From a bacterium (GTDB lineage Bacteria; CG2-30-53-67; CG2-30-70-394): a stretch of DNA of 64,000 nucleotides. The first letter of the stretch is position 1. Each line of letters starts with the position of its first letter. The DNA is taken from assembly GCA_024278555.1 (NCBI GenBank), contig JAJRSX010000183.1, forward strand, positions 4,043 to 68,042, in the 5' to 3' direction. This document shows positions 8,974 to 21,264 of the stretch, piece after piece. Under the pieces are notes generated by a model. It did no database searches. It was not told where the DNA came from and was given only the letters and a program-made list of their open reading frames with translations. The position numbers and the translations under genes were made by a program.

Positions 8974-10027
8974 CCGCGACGCGGACGGAACCCTCGACCG
9001 GCGGGCCTTCCTGCGCCTGGCCGGATACGGCAGCCTCACCCTCCTCGGTGGTCCGCTCCTGCCGCGCCGCGCCGCCGCGGCGGTGGACCCGGCGGCGGTC
9101 ACCCGGATGGAGATCGAGGTGAGCTACCGCACCGAGGTGCGGAGCCTGCCCAGCGACGCGGAGCGGCTTCACCTCTGGATGCCCCTGCCGCCGGCGACGC
9201 CGAGCCAGGAGGTCCACGACCTCACCGTGCAGGCGTCGCTCCCCCACGAGGTGCGCAGCGAGCCGCTGTTTGGCAACCGGATGGTCTACGTCGCCAGCGG
9301 TCGCACGCCGAGCCGCTTCACGGTCGAGGCGCGCTATCGGATCGTGCGCCACCGGGCTACGGTGGAGTCGGCGGCGCTGTCACCAGCGGCGACGAAGCGT
9401 TACCTCCGCCTGCCGGGGAGGATGCGGGTCACCCCCGAGATCGACGCCTTCGCCCGCAAGGCGATCGGGGGGGCGAACGAGCCGACGCAGGTCGCCCGAC
9501 GGGTCTATGACGCCCTCATCGACTACCTCACCTACGACAAGCAGATCGCCGGCTGCGGCACCGGCGACACTGCCTGGATCATGAAGAGCCGGCGCGGCAA
9601 GTGCAGCGACTACCACGCCCTCTACACCGCCATCCTCCGTTCGCGAGGGATCCCGGTGCGCTGGGAGCAGGGCTTCCCCCTCCCGTACCCCACCGCCGGA
9701 GTCCGGGCACACGGCAAGCTGGCGGGTGATTGCACCGGCGCCCACTGCTGGGTGAGCTTCCATGATCCGGCGCGCGGCTGGGTGCCGGTGGACTGCTCCG
9801 AGGCGGACAAGCACCCCGAGCTGCACGACTTCTTCTTCGGCCACCTCACCCCGAACCGCTTCCAGATCTCCGAGGGGCGCTCCATCACCCTCAGCCCCGC
9901 CCAGGGGGGAGAGCCGCTGCCCGACTTCGCCTTCGCCTACGTCGAGGCGGACTCCATTCCGCTGATCTACCCGGCGAACTACGAGAACCTCGTCCGCTTC
10001 CGGGTTACCCGGATGGAGACCGCATGA
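8957..10027 (+). CDS. transglutaminase-like cysteine protease superfamily protein with TAT signal
   Basis: The TAT-type N-terminus is DRRAFLRLAGYGSLTLLGGPLLPRRAAAA. The transglutaminase core is GKCSDYHALYTAILRSRGIPVRWEQG ... GAHCWVSFHD ... VDCSEAD (Cys-His-Asp). Confidence 0.65.
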   Translation: MPLACDRDADGTLDRRAFLRLAGYGSLTLLGGPLLPRRAAAAVDPAAVTRMEIEVSYRTEVRSLPSDAERLHLWMPLPPATPSQEVHDLTVQASLPHEVRSEPLFGNRMVYVASGRTPSRFTVEARYRIVRHRATVESAALSPAATKRYLRLPGRMRVTPEIDAFARKAIGGANEPTQVARRVYDALIDYLTYDKQIAGCGTGDTAWIMKSRRGKCSDYHALYTAILRSRGIPVRWEQGFPLPYPTAGVRAHGKLAGDCTGAHCWVSFHDPARGWVPVDCSEADKHPELHDFFFGHLTPNRFQISEGRSITLSPAQGGEPLPDFAFAYVEADSIPLIYPANYENLVRFRVTRMETA

Positions 10028-10533
10028 CCTCCCGTTGTGCCAGGACCCTCGCCCCGATCCTCGCCGGCCTCCTCCTTCTCGGGGGAGTGGCCGAGGCGAA
10101 GGTCGCCAGGGTCGGTGAGCCGCCGCCCCTCTTCGCCCTGAAGGACGAGCAGGGGAGGATGCACCGCCTCCAGGACCTCCTCGGCAAGCCGATCATCCTC
10201 TACTTCACCCAGAACATGTGCCACTACTGCACCCAGGTGATCGGCTTCCTGAAGCGGGCCAACGCCGCCTATGGGGACCGGGGGCTTACCATCCTCACCC
10301 TCAACGTCTGGGCGGACAGCCCCAAGTACATCCGCCGCTACCGGGAGCAGTTTGGCCTGCCGTTCACCATGCTCCGCGGCAAGGACCGGGACCTCCTGCG
10401 GGGCTACGAGGTGAACTACGTCCCGATCATCGTCTTCATCGGCCGCGACGGCCGGATCCACCGCATCTTCGACCACTACATCCTCCCGGCCGACTTCGAG
10501 GCGAGCGTCCGGGAGATCGTGGAGGGGAAATGA
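10024..10533 (+). CDS. TlpA-like periplasmic thiol:disulfide oxidoreductase (redoxin family)
   Basis: Signal peptide plus the CxxC motif FTQNMCHYC, on a thioredoxin fold. Confidence 0.75.
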   Translation: MTSRCARTLAPILAGLLLLGGVAEAKVARVGEPPPLFALKDEQGRMHRLQDLLGKPIILYFTQNMCHYCTQVIGFLKRANAAYGDRGLTILTLNVWADSPKYIRRYREQFGLPFTMLRGKDRDLLRGYEVNYVPIIVFIGRDGRIHRIFDHYILPADFEASVREIVEGK

Positions 10534-10748
10534 CCGCCTGCCCGCTGCCCGCCCTGAGAGGTCCCCGCCTCGCCCTCGCCACCCTGCTCATGGCCCTGGC
10601 CGCCGCCGCCGGCCTCACCGCCTGTCACGGCGACACCGAGGTCCACGCCGCCTACATGTGCCCCATGGAGTGCGAGGGCGACAAACGCTACCCCGAACCG
10701 GGAACCTGCCCCGTCTGCGGCATGGACCTGGTGGAGGTGCAGCAGTAG
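10530..10748 (+). CDS. small (72 aa) copper/heavy-metal-binding lipoprotein (MxCPMxC ... CPVCGMDL motifs)
   Basis: Lipobox LTAC. AYMCPMECEG and GTCPVCGMDLV match the heavy-metal-binding domain found at N-termini of CusB/P-type ATPases, and resemble the NosL CxVCGM motif. Confidence 0.5.
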   Translation: MTACPLPALRGPRLALATLLMALAAAAGLTACHGDTEVHAAYMCPMECEGDKRYPEPGTCPVCGMDLVEVQQ

Positions 10749-10867
10749 GCCGACGGGGGGGGCGCAGGAGGCATGCGTCACAGTGGCGAGGGAGGTCGTG
10801 GGCTGGAATGCGGGGCTCGCGCGAAGGCGCGAAGGGCGGTGGGGCCGATGGGTGGGGTGCCTCCGCT

Positions 10868-11036
10868 CTAGGAGTCTGTCGGACTTTGGCGATCGTCGCG
10901 AGGGGAAGCGGGCCCGAGTTCGGATTGTGACCCGTTCGAGGAGCATAGTGGGCCTATGCGACGAAGAACGGGGCGCGATCCGGGCCGAGATCCGCTTTCC
11001 CGCAGTAGATCGGGCCAAAATCCGACAGACTCCTGG
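10868..11036 (-). mobile_element. MITE-like repeat copy A (TIR AGGAGTCTGTCGGA), reverse orientation relative to copies B/C
   Basis: About 170 bp bounded by inverted repeats. The internal sequence is the reverse complement of the core shared with copies B and C (GATCTACTGCGGGAAAGCGGATCTCGGCCCGGATCGCGCCCCG). Confidence 0.7.
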
Positions 11037-11205
11037 GGCTGGGGATTGGGCTGGGGCTTGAAAGGGGGGGCCAGTTACAAGGGCGCGAAGAGGGGGAGAT
11101 CCTCCCCGTGATATGGGAGGGGTGGGGGGAGTAGGGTGGGGAGATTGGAGGTGGAGGCGGGGGCTGAGGGGCAGCGGATGGGGCAGGGCGGACAGGGGTG
11201 GTGAT

Positions 11206-13619
11206 ATGGGGTGCGAGAGCTTTGATGGATTGTTCCGGCGGGCCACTGGCTTCGAGGAGCCATTCGGCTATCAACAGCGACTTGCCTGCGATTACGGGGC
11301 GGACGATTTCCCGGAGCTGGTGGATGTTCCCACCGGGTTGGGCAAGACGGCGGCAGTGGTGTTGGCGTGGCTGTGGCGGCGCCGGTTTCATCCGGATCGC
11401 GCGGTGCGCAACGCGACTCCACGGCGCTTGGTCTATTGCCTCCCGATGCGGGTGTTAGTGGAGCAGACCCACGACAACGTTGTCGCGTGGCTGGACCGTC
11501 TCGGCCTTCACGGCGAAGCGGGAGAGGGCAAGGTCTCCGTTCATCTCCTCATGGGCGGCGAGGACGACCTCCGTTCGTGGGCGGACTACCCCGAGGAGGA
11601 GATGGTCCTCATCGGTACCCAGGACATGTTGCTCTCTCGGGCACTGATGCGCGGCTACGGTATGAGCCGCTACCAATGGCCAGTCCACTTTGCCCTCCTG
11701 CACAACGATGCCCTGTGGGTTCTGGATGAGGTGCAGCTCATGGGGCCGGGGCTGGCCACCGCCTGCCAGCTTGAAGGGTTGCGGCGACGTCATGCGACAG
11801 CGCGGCCGGCGGCGACTCTGTGGGTTTCCGCTACCTTGCACCGTGACTGGCTCAGCACGGTCGATCTGCGGCCTCATCTGGACGGCTTCTCCATCCACCG
11901 AGTGAGCGGCGAGGAGATTGGTCACGACGCCATCCGAGAACGGTGTGAGGCGACAAAGACGATCGCGGCGGCATCTGTGAGTGCCCCAGCGCAGGCGGCT
12001 ACACAGGCGGGTACACGCGCCTACGTTCAGGCCCTCGTCGAAGAAGTTGCCGCTCGACACAAGCCTGGCTCCACCACCCTGGTTGTGGTCAACACCGTGG
12101 GCCGAGCGCAGGCGGTGTACACCGCCCTCGGCAAGGCAGGTGTTACGGCGGACCGGTTGCTGGTCCACGGCCGATTTCGTCCGTCAGAGAGGCGGCGTGC
12201 AAACGAAGCTCTGCGTGAGGAGCCGGGCCACGACGGTCGCATCATCGTTGCCACCCAGGCAGTGGAAGCGGGGGTCGACCTCACCAGCCGCACCCTCTTC
12301 ACCGAGCTTGCGCCGTGGTCTTCCCTGGTTCAGCGGTTCGGTCGCTGCAATCGGTACGGAGAAGAGGCGGAGGCACACATCTATTGGATCGATCTCGATG
12401 AGACCAAGCTCGCCCCGCCGTATGAGGCCGAAGAGCTGGCGCGGGCGCGCGCGGTGGTGGAACAGCTTTCCAGTGCTAGCCCAGTGGACCTGCCCCCGGT
12501 CTCCGGCGACCGGCCCCTCTACCCGGTCCTGCGCGACAAGGACCTCCTCGACCTCTTCAATACCGACTCCGACCTGTCGGGCTTCGATGTCGATGTCTCC
12601 CCCTACATCCGCGACGCCCAGACCACCGACCTGCGTGTCTTCTGGCGCGACCTTTCCGCCGGCGTGGACGGCCAGCCGCGGCCGGAACGCGACGAGCTCT
12701 GCACCTGCCCGGTGGGGGAGGTGGCGGCATACCTCAAACGGATCGCCAAGGATGGCGGCCGTGTCTACCTCTGGGATGGGCTCGGCGAGCGGTGGGCTCC
12801 CCTGTCCGGGCGGCCCCGCCCCGGCGTGGTCCTGATGCTCGATGCCGCCCGTGGCGGTTACGACGAGGGGCTCGGTTTCGCCAGTGGAGCGAAGAGGCCG
12901 GTGGCTCCCGTGGTGTCGCCCGACGTTTCGGTTCCGGAGACTTACGGTGGAGACACACGTAGCCACCTCACTGAACCGATCCCTCTCACGGATCACATCG
13001 GCCACGTAGCAGCGGTGACAGCCCAACTTGGTCGGGTGGTCGGGGCCGATGGAGACACTGAAGCCGTGTGCCGGGCCGCTGCCTGGCACGACGTGGGCAA
13101 GGCCCACGAGGTGTTTCAGCAGACCCTGACCCGTTGCCCACGGATGACCGACCGCCCCGGCGGTCCGTGGGCCAAATCACCCTGTGGTGGTCGCCACGCC
13201 CGCCCCTACTTCCGCCACGAGCTCGCCTCGGCCCTTGCCTGGCTCGCCCACCATGGTGACGAACCAGAGGCCGACCTGGTCGCGTACCTCATCGCCGCCC
13301 ACCACGGGCGGGTGCGCATGGGGATTCGTGCCCTGCCCGGCGAGAAAGAGCCGCCTGGGCCCGGTCGCCGTTTTGCCCGCGGCATCTGGGAAGGTGACGA
13401 CCTGCCGGCGCTCGTGCTCAACGACGGCGAGAGACTGCCGGCCATCCGGCTTGACCTCCACCTGATGGAGCTAGGCACCGGGCCTCAGGGCCATTCATGG
13501 ACAGCTCGCACCCAGGGACTGCTGGCGCGCTTCGGTCCCTTCCATCTCGCCTGGCTAGAGAGCCTGGTGCGCGTCGCCGACTGGCGCGCCTCGCGCGTCG
13601 AGCAGGAGGAGGAGCTGTC

Positions 13620-13623
<4 letters not shown>
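11206..13623 (+). CDS. cas3: Cas3 helicase with C-terminal HD nuclease domain (type I-G/I-U architecture)
   Basis: DEAD/DEAH helicase motifs (VPTGLGKTA, VLDEVQLMG), a helicase C region, and C-terminal HD motifs (AAWHDVGKAHEVF, AAHHGRV). ATG at 11206, though the ORF is open from 11113. Confidence 0.85.
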
Positions 13624-16729
<3,106 letters not shown>

Positions 16730-16730
16730 G

Positions 16731-18257
16731 ATGGTCGCCATTGCCTTCCGCTTCCCTGGGGGGCGCTACCACGCCACCCCCTGGGGACGCCATGTGAACG
16801 AGGCGGCAGTGGCGTGGCCGCCGGAGCCGTGGCGCATCGTCCGCAGCCTCATCGCCATCTGGCACCGCAAGACCGACCACGACGTCTATTCCGAGGAGGC
16901 GCTGACCTCGCTGCTCGCGGCGCTGGCGCGGGGGGAGCCGGTCTACCGTCTCCCCGAAGCAACCCATGCCCACACTCGCCACTACATGCCTGTGCGCTCG
17001 GGTCGGCAGGACAAGAACACCTTGATCTTCGACGCCTTCGTTCGTTTGGCGCCTGAGGCCGAGTTGGTGGTGGCCTGGCCCTCTGTCGACCTCGACGCCA
17101 ACCAAACCACGCTCCTCGACGCCCTCCTCACACCCCTCGGTTATCTCGGGCGCGCCGAGAGCTGGGTGGAGGCTCGGCGGCTGGAGGTGTGGGAGGGAGA
17201 ACCTAACTGTGTCCCTGGAGAAGAATCTGTCGATCCGGAGACCGGCGAGATCCTCGGTGAACCGGTACTCCTCCATCTGCCACAGACTCCCGATGACTAT
17301 CACCAGTTTCGCGTGCGAATGCTGGCAGGGCTTGAAGACTGCGAGTTGAAGCCACGAGAGCGCCAACGCGTCGAGGCGACCCTCCCCGAGGCGTGGCTCG
17401 CGGCGGTCTCGCTGGATACCTCCGACCTCCAGGCTGCCGGTTGGAGCGCGCCTCCGGCCGCGCGGCTCGTCCACTACCTGCGTCCTGAGACGGCTCTCCA
17501 GCCCATGGCCTCTCCCCAACCAAAACCGTCTCGCCCGTCAGCCGCCCCCACCACCGCTCGCTTCGCCCTTTACGGCCGCCCCCTGCCGCCCATGGAAGAT
17601 GCGGTGAAGGTGGGTGAGTGGCTGCGATGGGGGATCATGGGTAAGGCAAAACGGCTGTTGGGAGAGAATCGCATTCCACCGGAACTTGCCGGCCACAACG
17701 GCGGTCGCCCCGCCGAGGGACACGGTCATGCCTTTTTTCTCCCCGAGGACGTGGACGGCGACGGCCGTATCGACCACGTCGCCATTCACGTCCCCGGTGG
17801 GCTGTCGCCAGACGGATGCCGAGTGGTGGCCGCGTTGCGCCGTTTGTGGACGCGGGAGGGGCACGAGTGGCAGATCATTCTCGAAGCCCTGGGTGATGGG
17901 CCAGCGCTGGCGACGGCCACGCCACTGTTCGGCGAGAATCAGACCTGGCTTTCCGTCACCCCCTACCTACATCCGTGGCACGTGAAGAGGCGGTTCACTG
18001 TGGCGGACCAACTCCTCCGGGAGTGCGGCGAGCGGGGTCTTCCCGAGCTGTCGACGGTTGAGGCGATCCCCACGGTGCAGGTCGGTTCCCGCTCTCGCCA
18101 CGCCGTCCACTTCCACCGCTTCCGCGCTAAGCGCGGTCTCACCCAGCCGGACACCCACGGCTCTTTCTGGCGCCTCACCTTCGCCGAGCCCATCACCGGC
18201 CCCCTCGCCCTCGGCTTCGCCTGCCACTTCGGCCTCGGTCTGTTTCGCCCCGAGTAG
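16731..18257 (+). CDS. csb2: Csb2 (Cas5-Cas6 fusion, type I-G)
   Basis: The N-terminus FRFPGGRYHATPWGRHVNEAAVAWPPEPWRIVRSL fits GSU0054-family Cas5/6. Confidence 0.8.
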   Translation: MVAIAFRFPGGRYHATPWGRHVNEAAVAWPPEPWRIVRSLIAIWHRKTDHDVYSEEALTSLLAALARGEPVYRLPEATHAHTRHYMPVRSGRQDKNTLIFDAFVRLAPEAELVVAWPSVDLDANQTTLLDALLTPLGYLGRAESWVEARRLEVWEGEPNCVPGEESVDPETGEILGEPVLLHLPQTPDDYHQFRVRMLAGLEDCELKPRERQRVEATLPEAWLAAVSLDTSDLQAAGWSAPPAARLVHYLRPETALQPMASPQPKPSRPSAAPTTARFALYGRPLPPMEDAVKVGEWLRWGIMGKAKRLLGENRIPPELAGHNGGRPAEGHGHAFFLPEDVDGDGRIDHVAIHVPGGLSPDGCRVVAALRRLWTREGHEWQIILEALGDGPALATATPLFGENQTWLSVTPYLHPWHVKRRFTVADQLLRECGERGLPELSTVEAIPTVQVGSRSRHAVHFHRFRAKRGLTQPDTHGSFWRLTFAEPITGPLALGFACHFGLGLFRPE

Positions 18258-18391
18258 CCTCATCTTCTCGGTAACCTCCATGCCCTCCCTCGCTTCGTGG
18301 TGAAAAGACCGTGTAAATCCTTCACGACTACGAGGGTCGGTCCATCCGCCTGACGGACGAGCGCCTCGCCCATGTCTTGGAGCATCCGGAG

Positions 18392-18625
18392 ATGGTCGGG
18401 ATGGAGGCGGCGACCGAGGAGACCTTGGTGAAGCCGGAAGCGGTGGTCGGGTCGTTCAGCGACGAGACAGCCCATCTGTACTACCGTTTCTATGTGGGTA
18501 CCCGGGTCGGCGATAAGTACGTTTGTGTGGTGGTCAAGGTCGTTTCGGACGACGCCTTTGTGCTGACCGCGTATCTCACGGACAAGACGAAGAAGGGAAC
18601 GCAGATATGGCCAAACGAAACGTGA
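18392..18625 (+). CDS. DUF4258-like putative toxin; the conserved domain extends upstream of the first ATG into a frame closed by TAA at 18314-16 with no canonical start, so it is possibly decayed
   Basis: ...HLYYRFYVGTRVGDKYVCVVVKVVSDDAFVLTAYLT matches the DUF4258 C-terminal pattern. The upstream in-frame IRLTDERLAHVLEHPEM also fits the family but lacks ATG/GTG (only TTG at 18377). Confidence 0.4.
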   Translation: MVGMEAATEETLVKPEAVVGSFSDETAHLYYRFYVGTRVGDKYVCVVVKVVSDDAFVLTAYLTDKTKKGTQIWPNET

Positions 18626-18807
18626 AGATCTGGTACGACGCCGAAGGGGATTACCTGGAGGTGATCTACGATCAGCGGTCGGGCTATTTCCGTGAAACGG
18701 CTGCCGACCAGGTGACGGAGAAGGTGGATGAGGAGGGGGAGATTCTCGGGTTCTCCGTGTTACGGGTGAGCTCGTTGACGCGGAGCCCCCTGGAGGTGGC
18801 GCTCTGA
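18607..18807 (+). CDS. DUF2283 family protein (putative antitoxin partner)
   Basis: MAKRNVKIWYDAEGDYLEVIY...GEILGFSVL fits the DUF2283 signature. It overlaps the preceding gene's stop. Confidence 0.55.
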   Translation: MAKRNVKIWYDAEGDYLEVIYDQRSGYFRETAADQVTEKVDEEGEILGFSVLRVSSLTRSPLEVAL

Positions 18808-18832
18808 CGTCTCGCCGACGTGGGGCCGTAGG

Positions 18833-19033
18833 ATGATTGTGAAAATCACCTACGACAAAGAGGCGGACGCCCTCTACATTCGGCTGCTCGATGGGCATCA
18901 CGAGTGCCGGAATCTCGGAAGATCGAGTGTCCGATGGCCAGGTAGCTTGGGTCCCGGGTGTGTCCGTCGCGCGAGTCGTTCAGTCGCGGCCAGGTCCGTG
19001 CCGATCCGTAGAGAACTTTGTTTCTTTCGGTGA
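18833..19033 (+). pseudogene. second DUF2283 copy, truncated or frameshifted after ~21 aa
   Basis: MIVKITYDKEADALYIRLLDG matches the DUF2283 consensus almost perfectly, after which the frame degenerates into low-complexity Arg/Ser sequence. Confidence 0.35.
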
Positions 19034-19042
19034 GGTGCGGAA

Positions 19043-20788
19043 ATGGAAGCTGCCGACTCTGATGGCCGTGCGGGACGGGCGGGTGGGCCCGCGTCTCCCC
19101 CGCAGATCCCGGTGCGGATGCTCAACGAGTTCACCTACTGCCCGCGGTTGGGCTACCTCATGTGGGTCGACTCCGAGTGGGCGGATAGCCACCACACGGT
19201 GGAGGGACGGTGGCGCCACAAGCGGGTAGACAAGGCCCCGACCGAGGGGTTGCCCGAGGCAGACGGTACGCGCGATGAGCCGTTGCACGTGCGCTCGGTC
19301 AACCTGGGGAGTGAGCGGCTCGGCCTGGTGGCGAAGCTGGACGTGGTCGAGGCGGATGGCGAGACGGCCACCCCGGTGGACTACAAGCGAGGCAAGCGTC
19401 CCAAGGTCGAGGGTGGCGCGTATGACCCGGAGCGGGTCCAGCTCTGCGCCCAGGGGCTGTTGCTCCGCGAGCACGGTTATCGTTCGGAGGAGGGGGTCCT
19501 CTACTACGTCGGCTCGAAGGATCGGGTCACCGTCCCCTTCGATGATGACCTGGTCGCCTTGACCATGCGTCAGATCGAGCTCTTTGGGTTGGCGGCAGCG
19601 GCACCTCAGGCGCCGCCGCCGCTGGCCGACTCTCCCAAGTGTCCGTACTGCTCCCTGGTGGGAATTTGCCTGCCTGATGAGACCCGGATGCTGGCGCAAG
19701 AGACGACGGCGGATGCCGGCGACAACGGCAACGGCTCGAAGCCGGCACGCCATCGACCGCGACGTCTCCTGCCGGCGAGTGTCGATGCCCTGCCCCTCTA
19801 CGTCACCACCCAGGGGGCATACGTGGGAAAGAAACAGGAGGTACTGGTGATCAAGGAAAAGGGCGCCGTGGTGGCGGATGCGCGTATTCGCCACACCTCA
19901 CAGGTTGCCCTCTTCGGGAATGCTCAGGTCTCCACTCAGGCGCTGCGGGAGCTGTGCCGGAGGGGCATCCCGATCACCTACTTCTCCTCCGGCGGCTACT
20001 TCTACGGACTCAGCCATGGCATGAGCCACAAGAACGTGGGGTTGCGTATCGCCCAGTACGACACCGCGCGCAGGCCATCCCGTTGTCTCGACCTTGCCCG
20101 CCGTTTCGTGGCCGGAAAGATTGCCAACAGTCGCACGCTCCTGCGTCGCAACCATCGGAGCAAGCCGGAGGCAGAGCTCCGAGCACTCGCCCAATTGTTG
20201 CAGGAGGCGGAGGGCGCTGCTTCACTTCAGACACTCCTCGGTGTCGAGGGAATGGCCGCCCGAACCTATTTCGGTCGCTTCGGCGATCTACTCCGTCCCC
20301 CGGCCGGTGGTGATCCGGGGTTCGATTTCGAGCACCGCAACCGCCGTCCCCCGAGGGATCCGGTCAACGCCATGCTCTCCTTCGGCTACGCCCTCCTCAC
20401 GCGTGATTGGACCGTGACCCTGCTTTCCGTCGGTTTCGACCCCTATCTCGGTTTCTACCACCAGCCGCGCTACGGCCGTCCCGCCCTGGCGTTGGACATG
20501 ATGGAGGAGTTCCGCTCGTTGATCGTCGACTCTGTAGTGATATCAGCCATCAATAACGGTGAGCTCGGGGAGCCCGACTTCGTTCACGCCACCGGCGCGG
20601 TTGCCATGAGCACTCGTGGTCGTAAGGCCTTTCTTGCTGCGTACGAGAGGCGTCTTGCCCAGGAGATTTCCCACCCCGTGTTTGGCTACCGTATCAGCTA
20701 CAGGCGTATCTTTGAGGTACAAGCGAGACTACTCGCCCGAGTCATTCAAGGGGAAATTCCGGAGCTCCCCGCCTTTCGTCCGAGGTGA
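19043..20788 (+). CDS. cas1: Cas4-Cas1 fusion protein (probable true start ATG 19118)
   Basis: The N-terminal Cas4 part has MLNEFTYCPRLGY and the Fe-S Cys cluster CPYCSLVGICLPDE. The C-terminal Cas1 part has LPLYVTTQGAYVGKKQEVLVIKEKG. Confidence 0.85.
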   Translation: MEAADSDGRAGRAGGPASPPQIPVRMLNEFTYCPRLGYLMWVDSEWADSHHTVEGRWRHKRVDKAPTEGLPEADGTRDEPLHVRSVNLGSERLGLVAKLDVVEADGETATPVDYKRGKRPKVEGGAYDPERVQLCAQGLLLREHGYRSEEGVLYYVGSKDRVTVPFDDDLVALTMRQIELFGLAAAAPQAPPPLADSPKCPYCSLVGICLPDETRMLAQETTADAGDNGNGSKPARHRPRRLLPASVDALPLYVTTQGAYVGKKQEVLVIKEKGAVVADARIRHTSQVALFGNAQVSTQALRELCRRGIPITYFSSGGYFYGLSHGMSHKNVGLRIAQYDTARRPSRCLDLARRFVAGKIANSRTLLRRNHRSKPEAELRALAQLLQEAEGAASLQTLLGVEGMAARTYFGRFGDLLRPPAGGDPGFDFEHRNRRPPRDPVNAMLSFGYALLTRDWTVTLLSVGFDPYLGFYHQPRYGRPALALDMMEEFRSLIVDSVVISAINNGELGEPDFVHATGAVAMSTRGRKAFLAAYERRLAQEISHPVFGYRISYRRIFEVQARLLARVIQGEIPELPAFRPR

Positions 20789-20790
20789 CC

Positions 20791-21081
20791 ATGAAACGCG
20801 ACTATCTTGTCACCTACGACATCTGCGACGACAGGCGTCTGCGCCGCACATTCGAGGCCGTAAAGGGTTTCGGCCTCCACCTGCAGTACTCGGTTTTTCT
20901 CTGCTCACTCACACAGCGGCAACACATGGAGCTGCTTGCAATCCTGGATGAGATCATCCACCATCGTGAAGATCAAGTGATGGTGATCGACCTTGGTCAA
21001 TCCGGCTCGCGATTCAATCCCCGAATTGCCACACTCGGCAAACCCGGCCCGGATGCCACCGACAAGCCCATCATCATTTGA
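20791..21081 (+). CDS. cas2: Cas2
   Basis: A ~96-aa protein with KRDYLVTYDICDDRRLRRTFEAVKGFGLHLQYSVFLC typical of Cas2, lying directly upstream of the leader/array. Confidence 0.8.
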   Translation: MKRDYLVTYDICDDRRLRRTFEAVKGFGLHLQYSVFLCSLTQRQHMELLAILDEIIHHREDQVMVIDLGQSGSRFNPRIATLGKPGPDATDKPIII

Positions 21082-21264
21082 CAGCCCCTTCGAGCGGTCA
21101 TGTGACGGGCCGGTCATGGCCACCTCTCGAAGCAGTAAGTTCTTTGATAATAAGGTGTTTTTGTAAGATTCAGGTCCTATCCCCCTGTGATGTTCATGCG
21201 TCTGCGTGACCGATCGATCCGATGCATGCAAGTTGCTGAGTCGAAAAAGAAAATCGAGCATGCT
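21082..21264 (+). promoter_or_regulatory. CRISPR leader (AT-rich relative to genome)
   Basis: A ~180-bp AT-enriched segment between the cas2 stop and the first repeat. The repeat's 3' end ATTGAAGC (type I 8-nt handle) indicates + strand transcription away from cas2. Confidence 0.5.
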
